Source: Patescibacteria group bacterium (GTDB lineage: Bacteria; Patescibacteriota; Patescibacteriia; JACRDY01). From it: DNA of 64,000 nt. The position numbers and the translations under genes were made by a program. Below the pieces are notes generated by a model. It did not search any database, was not told where the DNA came from, and was given only the letters and a program-made list of their open reading frames with translations. Shown here piece by piece: positions 56,214-64,000 of this stretch (the first letter of the stretch is position 1; every line of letters begins with the position of its first letter). Location: contig JBAZBH010000004.1 of the NCBI GenBank assembly GCA_041671565.1, forward strand, positions 9,308 through 73,307. The letters are read 5' to 3'.

Positions 56214-56774
56214 ATGATCAACCAAAAAGTCCTCAACTACCTTAATAAACAAAAAGTTGGCTTCACCGTGATTGACCACAAAAAGATTTTTACGGCTTAT
56301 GATTTGGCGCAGACGCTTAAAATGGATTTAAAAAAAGTTGCCAAAACACTACTGGTGCAAGCCGACAAAAAGTTTGTGATCGTGATTGTGCCGGCGCATT
56401 ATCGGCTGGATTTTAAAAAGCTCAAAAAAGTTCTAAAAGCGAAGCAAATCAAGATTCCTTCCGAGAAGATTATGGAAAAAGTTTTAAAGGTGAAAGTTGG
56501 CGGCATCACGCCGTTTGGCGCTTTGCACGGGCTGGAAACGGTGGTGGATAAGAGCCTCTTAAAAACTCAAGAAACCATTCTTAACGCCGGCAGTTTTACC
56601 CAGAGTTTGCGGTTGAAAGTTAAGGATTTCCTTAAAATGGAAGAAGCTAGACTCGGCAGTTTTGTGGAATCGGCGGGGTATAAGAAGCCAAAGGTTAATA
56701 AACCCAAAAAAGTGAAAGCCAAAAAGGCAAAGAAAATTAAGAAAGTTAATAGAGTTAATAAAAAGAAAAAATAG
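56214..56774 (+). CDS. ybaK: YbaK/ProX-type aminoacyl-tRNA deacylase domain protein with Lys-rich tail
   Basis: FTVIDHKKIFTAYDLAQTL...VKVGGITPFG; C-terminal KPKKVKAKKAKKIKKVNRVNKKKK. Confidence 0.65.
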   Translation: MINQKVLNYLNKQKVGFTVIDHKKIFTAYDLAQTLKMDLKKVAKTLLVQADKKFVIVIVPAHYRLDFKKLKKVLKAKQIKIPSEKIMEKVLKVKVGGITPFGALHGLETVVDKSLLKTQETILNAGSFTQSLRLKVKDFLKMEEARLGSFVESAGYKKPKVNKPKKVKAKKAKKIKKVNRVNKKKK

Positions 56775-56830
56775 AATCTAACTACCTAACTACCTATCAA
56801 CTTAACAACTTAACTACCTAACAACTAATC
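56775..56830. repeat. CTAACTACCTA-word repeat
   Basis: aatctaactacctaactacctatcaacttaacaacttaactacctaacaactaatcc. Confidence 0.55.
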
Positions 56831-56918
56831 CTATGACTTGTGGTTGCTGTTGCGGCGGGATGAAGAAAAAAACCGCCCCCAAAAAGAAAGTTAAAAAAGC
56901 GAAGAAAAAATAAACTCT

Positions 56919-57605
56919 GTGGTTTATCAGATAGCGAGTGAACAATTTTCCGGGCCGCTGGATTTGCTTTTACATTTGATTGAAGGCGAAAAACTGGATA
57001 TCACCAAGATCTCGTTGGCAAAAGTCGCCGACGAGTATTTGCGTTTCGTCCAGGCCGAAGCCAAAATCGATCCGCAGGATTTGGCGGATTTTTTGATGGT
57101 GGCTGCTAAGTTGATTTTGATTAAATCCAAAGCGTTGCTCCCTAATTTTGAACTTGAGGCCGAGGGTGACTTGGAAATTCAACTAAAACTTTACAAAGAG
57201 TTTTTGGCCGCGTCCAAGGTGGTGGAAGGGCTGATCAAGCAAAAAAAATTCAGCTATTCGCGCGAGAAATTGCCCGTGGGGATTGAGCCGGAGTTTAACC
57301 CGCCCAAAAAACTGACCGGCGAGAAAATGGCGGAAATTTTTTGGCTCGCTCTCGCGCGGCTGGAGCCGATTGTCCATTTGCCAGAGAAAACTCTAGAACG
57401 GGTGATTAACATCGAAGAGCGGATCCGGCACATTAAAGATTATATTATCAATAAAATTCAGACGACTTTTCATGAGATTGTCGGGCGCGGCGATAAAGCT
57501 GAAGCGATTGTCAGTTTTTTGGCGCTCCTGGAACTGGTGAAGCAGAGGACGCTGGTGATGGACCAGGAGGAGTTGTTCGGGGATATTACGGTAAAGAAAA
57601 TATAA
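56919..57605 (+). CDS. scpA: Segregation and condensation protein A
   Basis: FSGPLDLLLHLIEGEKLDITKISLAKVADEYL kleisin N-terminus. Confidence 0.85.
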   Translation: MVYQIASEQFSGPLDLLLHLIEGEKLDITKISLAKVADEYLRFVQAEAKIDPQDLADFLMVAAKLILIKSKALLPNFELEAEGDLEIQLKLYKEFLAASKVVEGLIKQKKFSYSREKLPVGIEPEFNPPKKLTGEKMAEIFWLALARLEPIVHLPEKTLERVINIEERIRHIKDYIINKIQTTFHEIVGRGDKAEAIVSFLALLELVKQRTLVMDQEELFGDITVKKI

Positions 57606-57815
57606 TAGCAGAATCAAGAATCATGAATTAAGAATCAAGAGTAAATGCCCAATGTCCAAATACCAATGACCAAGCAAACTTAGCAGCCGCATACGACATA
57701 CCATATACGATATACCGACCAAGATGATAAGTAGTTAGAATGGGAATAAAGAATTAGGAAATTAAGATCCGCCAGCTGGCGGGCTTAATTCTTAATTCTT
57801 AATTCTTAATTCTAC
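57606..57815. repeat. Composite element (GAATCAAGAATCATGAATTAAGAATC arms + CCAATG fragment + catacgacataccatatacgatatacc core); inverted copy of 28438-28640
   Basis: cagaatcaagaatcatgaattaagaatcaagagtaaatgcccaatgtccaaataccaatgacc...gcttaattcttaattcttaattcttaattc. Confidence 0.65.
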
Positions 57816-57819
57816 TTTT

Positions 57820-58374
57820 GTGTCTACCCTAAAATCCAAACTCGAAAGCCTATTATTCATTTCGCCGAAGCCTTTGTCGCTCGGTAAACTTGCCGAACTG
57901 ACCGAACAAGGCAAAGAAGCGGTGGGTGAGGCGCTAAAACAGCTAATGGTGGAAACTGCCGATCGTGGCATCGTCATTAAGCAGGCGGATGATAAATTTC
58001 AAATGATGACTAGCGGCGACAACCATAAGCTGGCGCAGGATTTTGTTAAAGAAGAAATCACCGGTGAATTAACGCGGCCGTCACTGGAAACTCTAACCGT
58101 GGTTGCTTACCGCGGGCCGATAACCAAAACCGAGCTGGAGTTGATCCGCGGCGTGAACTGCAGTCTGATTTTACGGAATTTAATGATTCGCGGGCTAGTG
58201 GAAGAGAGCGAAGACAAGCAACGGGGTTTGCTTTATCAGGTTACGCTTGATTTTCTCAAACATTTAGGCCTGCAGCAGATCAGCGATTTGCCAGATTACC
58301 AAAAATTAAACCAAGATGAAAATCTGCAAAAACTGCTCGCCGCGACGCCGACAGCGCCAGAAGCCGTTGAATAA
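57820..58374 (+). CDS. scpB: Segregation and condensation protein B
   Basis: LESLLFISPKPLSLGKLAEL ... tandem winged-helix; GTG start. Confidence 0.85.
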   Translation: MSTLKSKLESLLFISPKPLSLGKLAELTEQGKEAVGEALKQLMVETADRGIVIKQADDKFQMMTSGDNHKLAQDFVKEEITGELTRPSLETLTVVAYRGPITKTELELIRGVNCSLILRNLMIRGLVEESEDKQRGLLYQVTLDFLKHLGLQQISDLPDYQKLNQDENLQKLLAATPTAPEAVE

Positions 58375-58386
58375 TACGATTAAATT

Positions 58387-59349
58387 ATGTTCTCGGTTTT
58401 ATTAAATTTAATTTTTTCCGTTATTTTAACTAAGGCTGATTGGCCGCAAGTTGAACGAGAGTATTTTATTGCGCCAATTGCTGAAACAGTTGAGATTATT
58501 CCGCAAAGCGGGGGAGACCAAGTTTATGCCGGTCGGCTCAAGTCCGCAGCGGATAAGCCGGTAGCGCCGAAGAAAATTAACCAAAACAGTTTAGGTGTGG
58601 AAGTGACGGCGCTTAGCGGATTAGCGGTTGATTGGGACAGCGGTAAGGTTTTGTGGGAGAAAAACTCCGGTGAGAAAAGGTCTTTGGCGAGCCTGACTAA
58701 ATTGATGACCGCCTTGGTTTTTCTGGAACATAATCCAGGCTGGGATAAAGAGGTGGAAATCACCGCCGAAGACCAGCGGGAAGGTGGCGCTAATTTTTTC
58801 TTGGTCGGTGAGACTACAACAGTTCGTGATTTATTTTATTCTACTTTAATTGGCTCGATCAATTGTTCGGCGGTGGCTTTAGCCCGTTCCACCGGTTTGA
58901 GCGAAGCTGACTTTGCCCGAGCGATGCAACAAAAAGCTAAAGCGTTGGACTTGGTATCGGCGATTTTTGTTGAACCGACCGGCCTGCTTGACGGCAATCA
59001 AGCCACAGCCGAGGACACGATAAAGCTTTTGCGGGCGGCGCTCGGCAATACGGCGATTGGCAATGCCACTACGCTGGGCAGTTATGAAGTTAATATTTTG
59101 AATAAAAATAGTAAACGGACGGTAAGTAATACTGATTGGCTTCTGGGCGGCTTTCTCAATCAATCACCTTATAGCATATTAGGCGGCAAGACCGGCTACA
59201 TTGATAACGCCGGCTATTGTTTGGGGCTTGGCGTGGAGCGCGGCGGCCGGCGAGTGCTTTCGGTGATGCTCGGCAGTAATAGCTTAGAAAACCGCTTTCA
59301 GGACACTAAGGCCGTGGTGGATTGGATTTTCCGTAATTATCAGTGGTAG
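58387..59349 (+). CDS. D-alanyl-D-alanine carboxypeptidase (peptidase S11, PBP5/6-like)
   Basis: SLASLTKLMT (SxxK), SINC (SxN), KTGY (KTG) motifs. Confidence 0.8.
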   Translation: MFSVLLNLIFSVILTKADWPQVEREYFIAPIAETVEIIPQSGGDQVYAGRLKSAADKPVAPKKINQNSLGVEVTALSGLAVDWDSGKVLWEKNSGEKRSLASLTKLMTALVFLEHNPGWDKEVEITAEDQREGGANFFLVGETTTVRDLFYSTLIGSINCSAVALARSTGLSEADFARAMQQKAKALDLVSAIFVEPTGLLDGNQATAEDTIKLLRAALGNTAIGNATTLGSYEVNILNKNSKRTVSNTDWLLGGFLNQSPYSILGGKTGYIDNAGYCLGLGVERGGRRVLSVMLGSNSLENRFQDTKAVVDWIFRNYQW

Positions 59350-59399
59350 AGTGATTTTTACAAGAAAACAAAAAATACCATATAAGTTATGGTATCTTT

Positions 59400-59476
59400 T
59401 GGTAGCTGGGGAGGGAGTTGAACCCTCGACCTCGGGCTTATGAGTCCCACGCTCTAACCAACTGAGCTACCCAGCC
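59400..59476 (-). tRNA. tRNA-Met (CAT), elongator-type, CCA encoded
   Basis: Reverse complement: ggctgggtagctcagttggttagagcgtgggactCATaagcccgaggtcgagggttcaactccctccccagctacca. Confidence 0.8.
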
Positions 59477-59514
59477 ACGAAATAAATATAAATTGTTAAA
59501 TTAACATAGTTTTA

Positions 59515-59580
59515 CGAGCCCCACGCTCTAACCAGCCCCGGGCCGACGACCCGCTAGGGCCGGGCCTGAGCTACCCAGCC
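59515..59580 (-). pseudogene. Pseudo-tRNA: 5' half of tRNA-Met interrupted by a GC-rich palindromic insertion
   Basis: Reverse complement ggctgggtagctcag[gcccggccctagcgggtcgtcggcccggggc]tggttagagcgtggggctc; no T arm. Confidence 0.5.
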
Positions 59581-59694
59581 AAGACTCAAAAACTTCTACC
59601 ATTTTAGATGAATATAGGGCAAAAGTCAACTTTATCCTTTGACAGTTTAGTAAATTTAGATTAGACTGATAACTGAATTAAGCTATTTTAACCG

Positions 59695-59778
<84 letters not shown>

Positions 59779-59858
59779 TTTAAAAAATTGGTTTAGATTC
59801 TTGCTTTTTTCCAAAAAAGAGAATATAGTATAATCCTCTATTAAATATCGCGGGGTAG

Positions 59859-59935
59859 AGCAGTCTGGCAGCTCGTCGGGCTCATAACCCGAAGGTCGTC
59901 GGTTCAAATCCGACCCCCGCAACCAAGAAACTATT
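59859..59935 (+). tRNA. Initiator tRNA-fMet (CAT), CCA encoded
   Basis: C1xA72 mismatch; three G-C pairs in the anticodon stem (tcgggctCATaacccga); tataat box at 59840. Confidence 0.8.
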
Positions 59936-60017
59936 TTTGAATAAAAAGTAGTTTTTTGTTTGAAAAAATGTTATAATTAAGCCACGCGTTAATATAAAGG
60001 TTAGGTTTAATTAAGGT

Positions 60018-60782
60018 ATGGCGAGAGTAATTTCCATTGTTAATCAGAAAGGCGGAGTGGGGAAGACCACGACCGCGGTGAATCTGGCGGCTTATCTCGC
60101 TAAATACGGCCGCAATGTTTTGCTGGTTGATATGGATCCGCAGGCGAACGCCACTTCGGGCCTAGGAATCGACCATCAGACTTTGCCCTATGGCATTTAT
60201 GAGGTAATTGCCGGTCTGCAGCCTTTGCGCCAAGTGGTGGTGGGCACAGCGCACGCGGGGCTAAAAGTGGCGCCGGCGACGATTTCGCTTGCTGGGGCGA
60301 GTGTGGAACTGGTTAATGAAGCGGAAAGGGAATTTAAGCTTTATCGCGCTCTTTTGGAAGGGGCCGGGGCTTATGATTATATTTTAGTTGACTGTCCGCC
60401 GTCACTCGGTTTAATCACGATTAACAGCTTAACCGCCGGCGATGAAGTGCTGATTCCGGTCCAAGCCGAGTATTACGCCCTAGAAGGACTGGGTCAGCTT
60501 TTAAACACTATTAATTTAGTCAAAGAGAATTTAAAGCCGAATTTAAATATCTTGGGCGCGGTGTTGACCATGTATGACCGCCGCAACAAACTGTCCAATG
60601 AAGTGATGGAACAGCTTTACCAGTATTTTCCTAACCGAATTTTCCGTTCCGTGATTCCGCGGGTGGTGCAACTGGCGGAAGCGCCGTCGCACGGTAAATC
60701 AATTTTGCATTATCGGCCGTTGTCGCGCGGCGCTTGGGCCTATGACCGGCTGGCAAGGGAAGTGATGGCAACGGAAAAATAG
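60018..60782 (+). CDS. parA: Chromosome partitioning ATPase ParA/Soj
   Basis: ISIVNQKGGVGKTTTAVNLAA deviant Walker A. Confidence 0.9.
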   Translation: MARVISIVNQKGGVGKTTTAVNLAAYLAKYGRNVLLVDMDPQANATSGLGIDHQTLPYGIYEVIAGLQPLRQVVVGTAHAGLKVAPATISLAGASVELVNEAEREFKLYRALLEGAGAYDYILVDCPPSLGLITINSLTAGDEVLIPVQAEYYALEGLGQLLNTINLVKENLKPNLNILGAVLTMYDRRNKLSNEVMEQLYQYFPNRIFRSVIPRVVQLAEAPSHGKSILHYRPLSRGAWAYDRLAREVMATEK

Positions 60783-60999
60783 ATTTAAGAATTAAGATTT
60801 AGGATTTAAGAATGCCGGTCATTAGAGTTTAAACTATAAACCTAGTTAAAAATGTCCAATATCCAAATCCCAATATCCAATCAATGTCCAATGACTAAAG
60901 GTGGTAATTGGACATTGGTCATTGGGATTTGATCGGTCATTGGAGCTTGGGCATTGGGCATTTATTCTTAAATCTTAAATCTTAAATCTACTTAAAAAT
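60783..60999. repeat. CCAATG-word palindromic element flanked by TTAAGAATC / TTAAATC-word arms
   Basis: aatgtccaatatccaaatcccaatatccaatcaatgtccaatgactaaaggtggtaattggacattggtcattgggatttgatcggtcattggagcttgggcattgggcatttattcttaaatcttaaatcttaaatc. Confidence 0.65.
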
Positions 61000-61860
61000 A
61001 TGTCTCTCGGCCGCGGTCTAGATTCACTTATTCCCAAAAAGATTGTTTTGCCGTCCTCGCCTTCGCCTGACAAACCGGACGAAACCGTGGGCGGGGAGCG
61101 GATTTTGCAATTGGCGCCGAGCCAGATCGCGGTTAATCCGCACCAGCCGCGGCAGGAGTTTGGCCATGCTGACCTGGAAGAGCTGATTAATTCCATTAAG
61201 GAACACGGCATTCTGCAACCATTAATTGTGACTAAAGTTGGCAACGGCTATGAATTAATTGCCGGGGAGCGGCGGCTGCGCGCGGCCAAAGTTTTGGAAT
61301 TGGGGGCGGTGCCGGCGATTGTCCGTGAAGCGAGTGAAAACGAGAAACTGGAACTGGCGATTATTGAGAATATCCAGCGCAAAAATCTTAATCCAATCGA
61401 AGAGGCAGTGGCTTACCGGCGGCTAATGGAAGAGTTTTCCCTGACCCAAGAAGAAACTGCCAAGAAAGTCAGCAAGTCGCGGGCGGCCGTCGCCAATGTT
61501 CTCCGACTTTTAGATTTACCAGCCGAAGTGCAGGAGGCGATTTCCCAGGAAAAAATCTCTGAGGGCCACGCCAAAATCCTCGCCGGCATTAATGATCCGG
61601 CCGAGCAACTGAAATTTTTCAAAAAAATTGTTGAGGAAAAGCTTAATGTCCAGGATACCGCCACTGTCGTCCGGGCAACCAAACCGGGCAAAGCGGCGAA
61701 ACCTTTGGCCTTGCCCGACGCGGAAACTCTTGCCCAAGAAGAAACGCTCCGCGGCAAATTGGGGACTAAAGTAAAAATCGAGAAGCAGGGCGGGCGGGGC
61801 AAGATAATTGTAGAATTTTATTCAGAGGAGGAGTTGAGGGGGTTGATAGAAAGGATTTAG
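61000..61860 (+). CDS. parB: Chromosome partitioning protein ParB/Spo0J
   Basis: GILQPLIV, LIAGERRLRAAK ParB boxes; HTH; C-terminal dimerisation region. Confidence 0.9.
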   Translation: MSLGRGLDSLIPKKIVLPSSPSPDKPDETVGGERILQLAPSQIAVNPHQPRQEFGHADLEELINSIKEHGILQPLIVTKVGNGYELIAGERRLRAAKVLELGAVPAIVREASENEKLELAIIENIQRKNLNPIEEAVAYRRLMEEFSLTQEETAKKVSKSRAAVANVLRLLDLPAEVQEAISQEKISEGHAKILAGINDPAEQLKFFKKIVEEKLNVQDTATVVRATKPGKAAKPLALPDAETLAQEETLRGKLGTKVKIEKQGGRGKIIVEFYSEEELRGLIERI

Positions 61861-62045
61861 GATTTAAGAATAAATGCCCAATGACCAAGCTCCAATGACC
61901 AATCAATGTCCAATGACTAATGTCCAATAACCGACTTTTGGCATTTGGCATTGATTGGACATTGGGATTTGGAAATTGGACATTTTTAACTAGGTTTATG
62001 GTTTAAACGCGAACTGCCGGCATTCTTAAATTCTAAATCTTAAAT
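61861..62045. repeat. CCAATG-word palindromic element (near-copy of 293-452)
   Basis: ggatttaagaataaatgcccaatgaccaagctccaatgaccaatcaatgtccaatgactaatgtccaat...attgattggacattgggatttggaaattggacattttta. Confidence 0.65.
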
Positions 62046-62051
62046 CTTTTT

Positions 62052-62570
62052 ATGAAAATTATTGTTGGTCTCGGCAATCCCGGCAAAGAATACGCCAAAA
62101 CCCGCCATAATCTAGGCTGGTTGGTTTTGGATAAGCTGGCCGGCAAAAATAAATGGCAAGAGAATAAAAAAGCCAAAGCTTTATTTTTGGCCGCCGAAAT
62201 TGACGGGCAAGAAGCGCTACTGGTTAAACCGACGACTTTTATGAATAACTCCGGCCTGGCGGTTAGGGCGATGATAAAGAAATACAATTTAAAACCAAGC
62301 GACTTGATTGTGGTTCATGATGATAAAGACTTGGACTTCGGCCGGATCAAAGTGACCGGGGACTCTGGCTCCGCCGGGCATAACGGCGTTAAATCGTTAA
62401 TTGATGTTTTGGGCACACAAAAATTTATTCGCGTTCGAGTGGGAGTGAAAAATGAGTTATTAGAAAAAATGCCGACGGATAAGTTTGTTTTGGGGCGATT
62501 TAATAAGGAAGAAATCAAACAACTCGACAATATTCTTAAAGAAATAATTGCCAAAATATGCCAGAATTAG
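62052..62570 (+). CDS. pth: Peptidyl-tRNA hydrolase
   Basis: MKIIVGLGNPGKEYAKTRHNLGW, catalytic His region, VHDDKD. Confidence 0.9.
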   Translation: MKIIVGLGNPGKEYAKTRHNLGWLVLDKLAGKNKWQENKKAKALFLAAEIDGQEALLVKPTTFMNNSGLAVRAMIKKYNLKPSDLIVVHDDKDLDFGRIKVTGDSGSAGHNGVKSLIDVLGTQKFIRVRVGVKNELLEKMPTDKFVLGRFNKEEIKQLDNILKEIIAKICQN

Positions 62571-63733
62571 CAGGGGAATATCCGATAAAAGGGGATGAGG
62601 CCTTTTCCGCAGAAGCTAAGGAAAGCCAAATTGAGCCGGAAGGCATTGAATTTTCTATAGTAAAAGATTATAAAATACCGGGCAAGGAAGAAAGAGGCCA
62701 GCATGAGTTATTGGCTGAAGCTATGGGCCAATTAATCCATAAGATTAAAGAGGGCCATTATGCCAGCGTGGTATTTTTAGACAAAGCCGCTCGGCCGCTA
62801 GTTACAATGTTGCAGGATATGTGGCCGTATAATTTTGATGCCAATGGTAAATTGGTTGGCTTAGAAGAAGATGGGTCTCACTTACCAACCATAAATTTTT
62901 TAAATGTGGGTACGGAAACGGAAGAAGTTTTTACAAATTATTTTACCGGTAAAAAGAAGAAAAATTCTTTGATATCTGGGGCAGAAAAGCAATTGCAGAC
63001 GGCTACGGCGGCGAAAGATAATTTAGAAGAAACAATTTTGGCCGGTCCATATTCTAGGGCAATTGGTTATTTCCGATATCAAAACAGTTGGCTTGGTTAT
63101 CTTGAAGGTAAAAGTGAAGAAGAAAAAAAAGAAATAGAAAATATAGTAGAGATATTCTCAAAGGCTAAAGATGAAGTTGGGCATTGGAAAGATCTAGAGT
63201 CTCGGGTAAGAAATGAAGGATATTTTATTCCTCAATTTGTTGAAGATAATGATTACGCTAGATTAATGTCGTTGATTACCAATGATATGACTATTGAGGC
63301 TGTTGGCAAAGAAAAACTACAGAAGTTGGTAAAAGAGTATGCTTTGTTTAAAAATAGTGGGCCAGTATTAATTGTTGATGAATATTCTAATACCGGCCAA
63401 TCTTTGGAACTGGCAAAAAAAGTTATAGAAGCCGGCATGGCTTTAAAAGACAAAAATAATTTAATTGACGGATATAATTTTTCCGACGAGCGGCGAAGCT
63501 ATCTTTTTACAAAAGAAGATGGTTTTCGCGTTAATCCGCCTTGGCGAGAAAGCTCGTCTCAGTCGGAAATGAGAGGTGTCACTGGCGTAGTGGATCCGGC
63601 CGAAGGCGAATTGACCGCCGAAAAATATGGCCGAGAAAATCCAGAAGCCGCCAAGCGCGTACAACAACTGAGGGCTGAATTGCATGCCATCGCCAATAAA
63701 TATTTGGAAAAAGAAAAAGAAAGGTTGACATAA
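62558..63733 (+). CDS. Hypothetical protein with C-terminal phosphoribosyltransferase-like motif
   Basis: VLIVDEYSNTGQSL matches the type I PRTase PRPP-binding loop; the rest is unassigned. Confidence 0.4.
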   Translation: MPELAGEYPIKGDEAFSAEAKESQIEPEGIEFSIVKDYKIPGKEERGQHELLAEAMGQLIHKIKEGHYASVVFLDKAARPLVTMLQDMWPYNFDANGKLVGLEEDGSHLPTINFLNVGTETEEVFTNYFTGKKKKNSLISGAEKQLQTATAAKDNLEETILAGPYSRAIGYFRYQNSWLGYLEGKSEEEKKEIENIVEIFSKAKDEVGHWKDLESRVRNEGYFIPQFVEDNDYARLMSLITNDMTIEAVGKEKLQKLVKEYALFKNSGPVLIVDEYSNTGQSLELAKKVIEAGMALKDKNNLIDGYNFSDERRSYLFTKEDGFRVNPPWRESSSQSEMRGVTGVVDPAEGELTAEKYGRENPEAAKRVQQLRAELHAIANKYLEKEKERLT

Positions 63734-63833
63734 TAGTCGGTTGAGGTAAATATTGAAGCGGCTAAGAAGATGATTGAGGTGTTATAAAAGCAGCAAAGGT
63801 TTTAGTTCAGTTGATAAAGTAAAAATTGCGATA

Positions 63834-64000
63834 TGAGTGGTAACCAGAAAATTGAATCAAATATCTGGAAATACTATCTAGCGGTTTCGCTGGCTTATTT
63901 TGCATTTTATACGCCGATTATACAGCTATTTTATCTTGATCGCGGTTTAACTATTCTTAAAATCGCGATTCTGGGAATTGTCTGGACTATAGTAAAAATG
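63834..64000 (+). CDS. 5' end of a membrane protein gene (continues beyond the window)
   Basis: MSGNQKIESNIWKYYLAVSLAYFAFYTPIIQLFYLD... hydrophobic. Confidence 0.4.

Noticed and set aside
59400-59476. Reading the minus-strand tRNA as a UGA-suppressor (anticodon TCA), implying an alternative genetic code
   Set aside because: With the loop registered so that U33 and A37 are in place, the anticodon is CAT (Met). UGA clearly terminates ORFs in this window (yqeY, leader ORF), and genes are full length under the standard code.

Overview
This 64 kb window is mostly + strand, with tightly packed genes of about 50% GC. It reads with the standard code: UGA works as a stop, for example at yqeY and at the Asn leader ORF. 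The gene content is a mix of small housekeeping proteins and TrbC/VirB2-like pilin N-terminal domains fused to giant surface proteins. That content suggests a small-genome, possibly CPR/Patescibacteria-like, bacterium, but that is an inference from content only. The core genes are secY (3' end), lepB, hisS, HIT, rpsU, yqeY, ybeY, ftsA, ftsZ, cysS, dus, corA, adk, map, ruvX, recO, asnS, aspS, mntH, zupT, scpA, scpB, a DacA-like peptidase, parA, parB and pth. Four tRNAs are present (Asn, Met, Leu, fMet). Between the housekeeping genes I see five things worth a second look. (1) An 18 kb locus holds a 779 aa protein and a 4177 aa protein. Both carry an N-terminal T4SS-pilin-like transmembrane domain followed by IPT/TIG domains, Cys-rich repeats, bacterial thrombospondin-type-3 (TSP3) repeats and two BNR/Asp-box beta-propellers. 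Three tandem small TM proteins with TSP3 calcium-binding repeats follow. (2) Two AT-rich islets (about 33-36% GC) sit at 37968-40184 and 43644-44984. The first lies next to a tRNA-Asn that is bracketed by degenerate half-tRNA copies. It encodes a single 738 aa fusion of a PD-(D/E)xK (Mrr-like) nuclease, a DGQHR (DndB/ParB-fold) domain and an Rx4H HEPN domain. I take this as a candidate single-gene defense system of undescribed architecture. The second islet encodes a membrane-anchored coiled-coil protein with an Mrr_cat-like nuclease domain. (3) Between the islets are two tandem D-Ala-D-Ala-ligase-like ATP-grasp enzymes and a short KamA-like radical SAM aminomutase. They sit behind a consensus sigma70 promoter and a roughly 190 nt structured leader. 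(4) Almost every intergenic gap is filled with palindromic elements built from short repeated words, in at least six families. A REP-associated tyrosine transposase (RAYT, IS200-like Y1 HUH) gene carries its own palindrome. There is also a roughly 400 nt non-coding element present in two copies. (5) An 18-codon ORF with seven Asn codons, followed by a terminator/antiterminator, sits upstream of tRNA-Asn. All calls rest on motif reading of the supplied translations and sequence; no searches were run.
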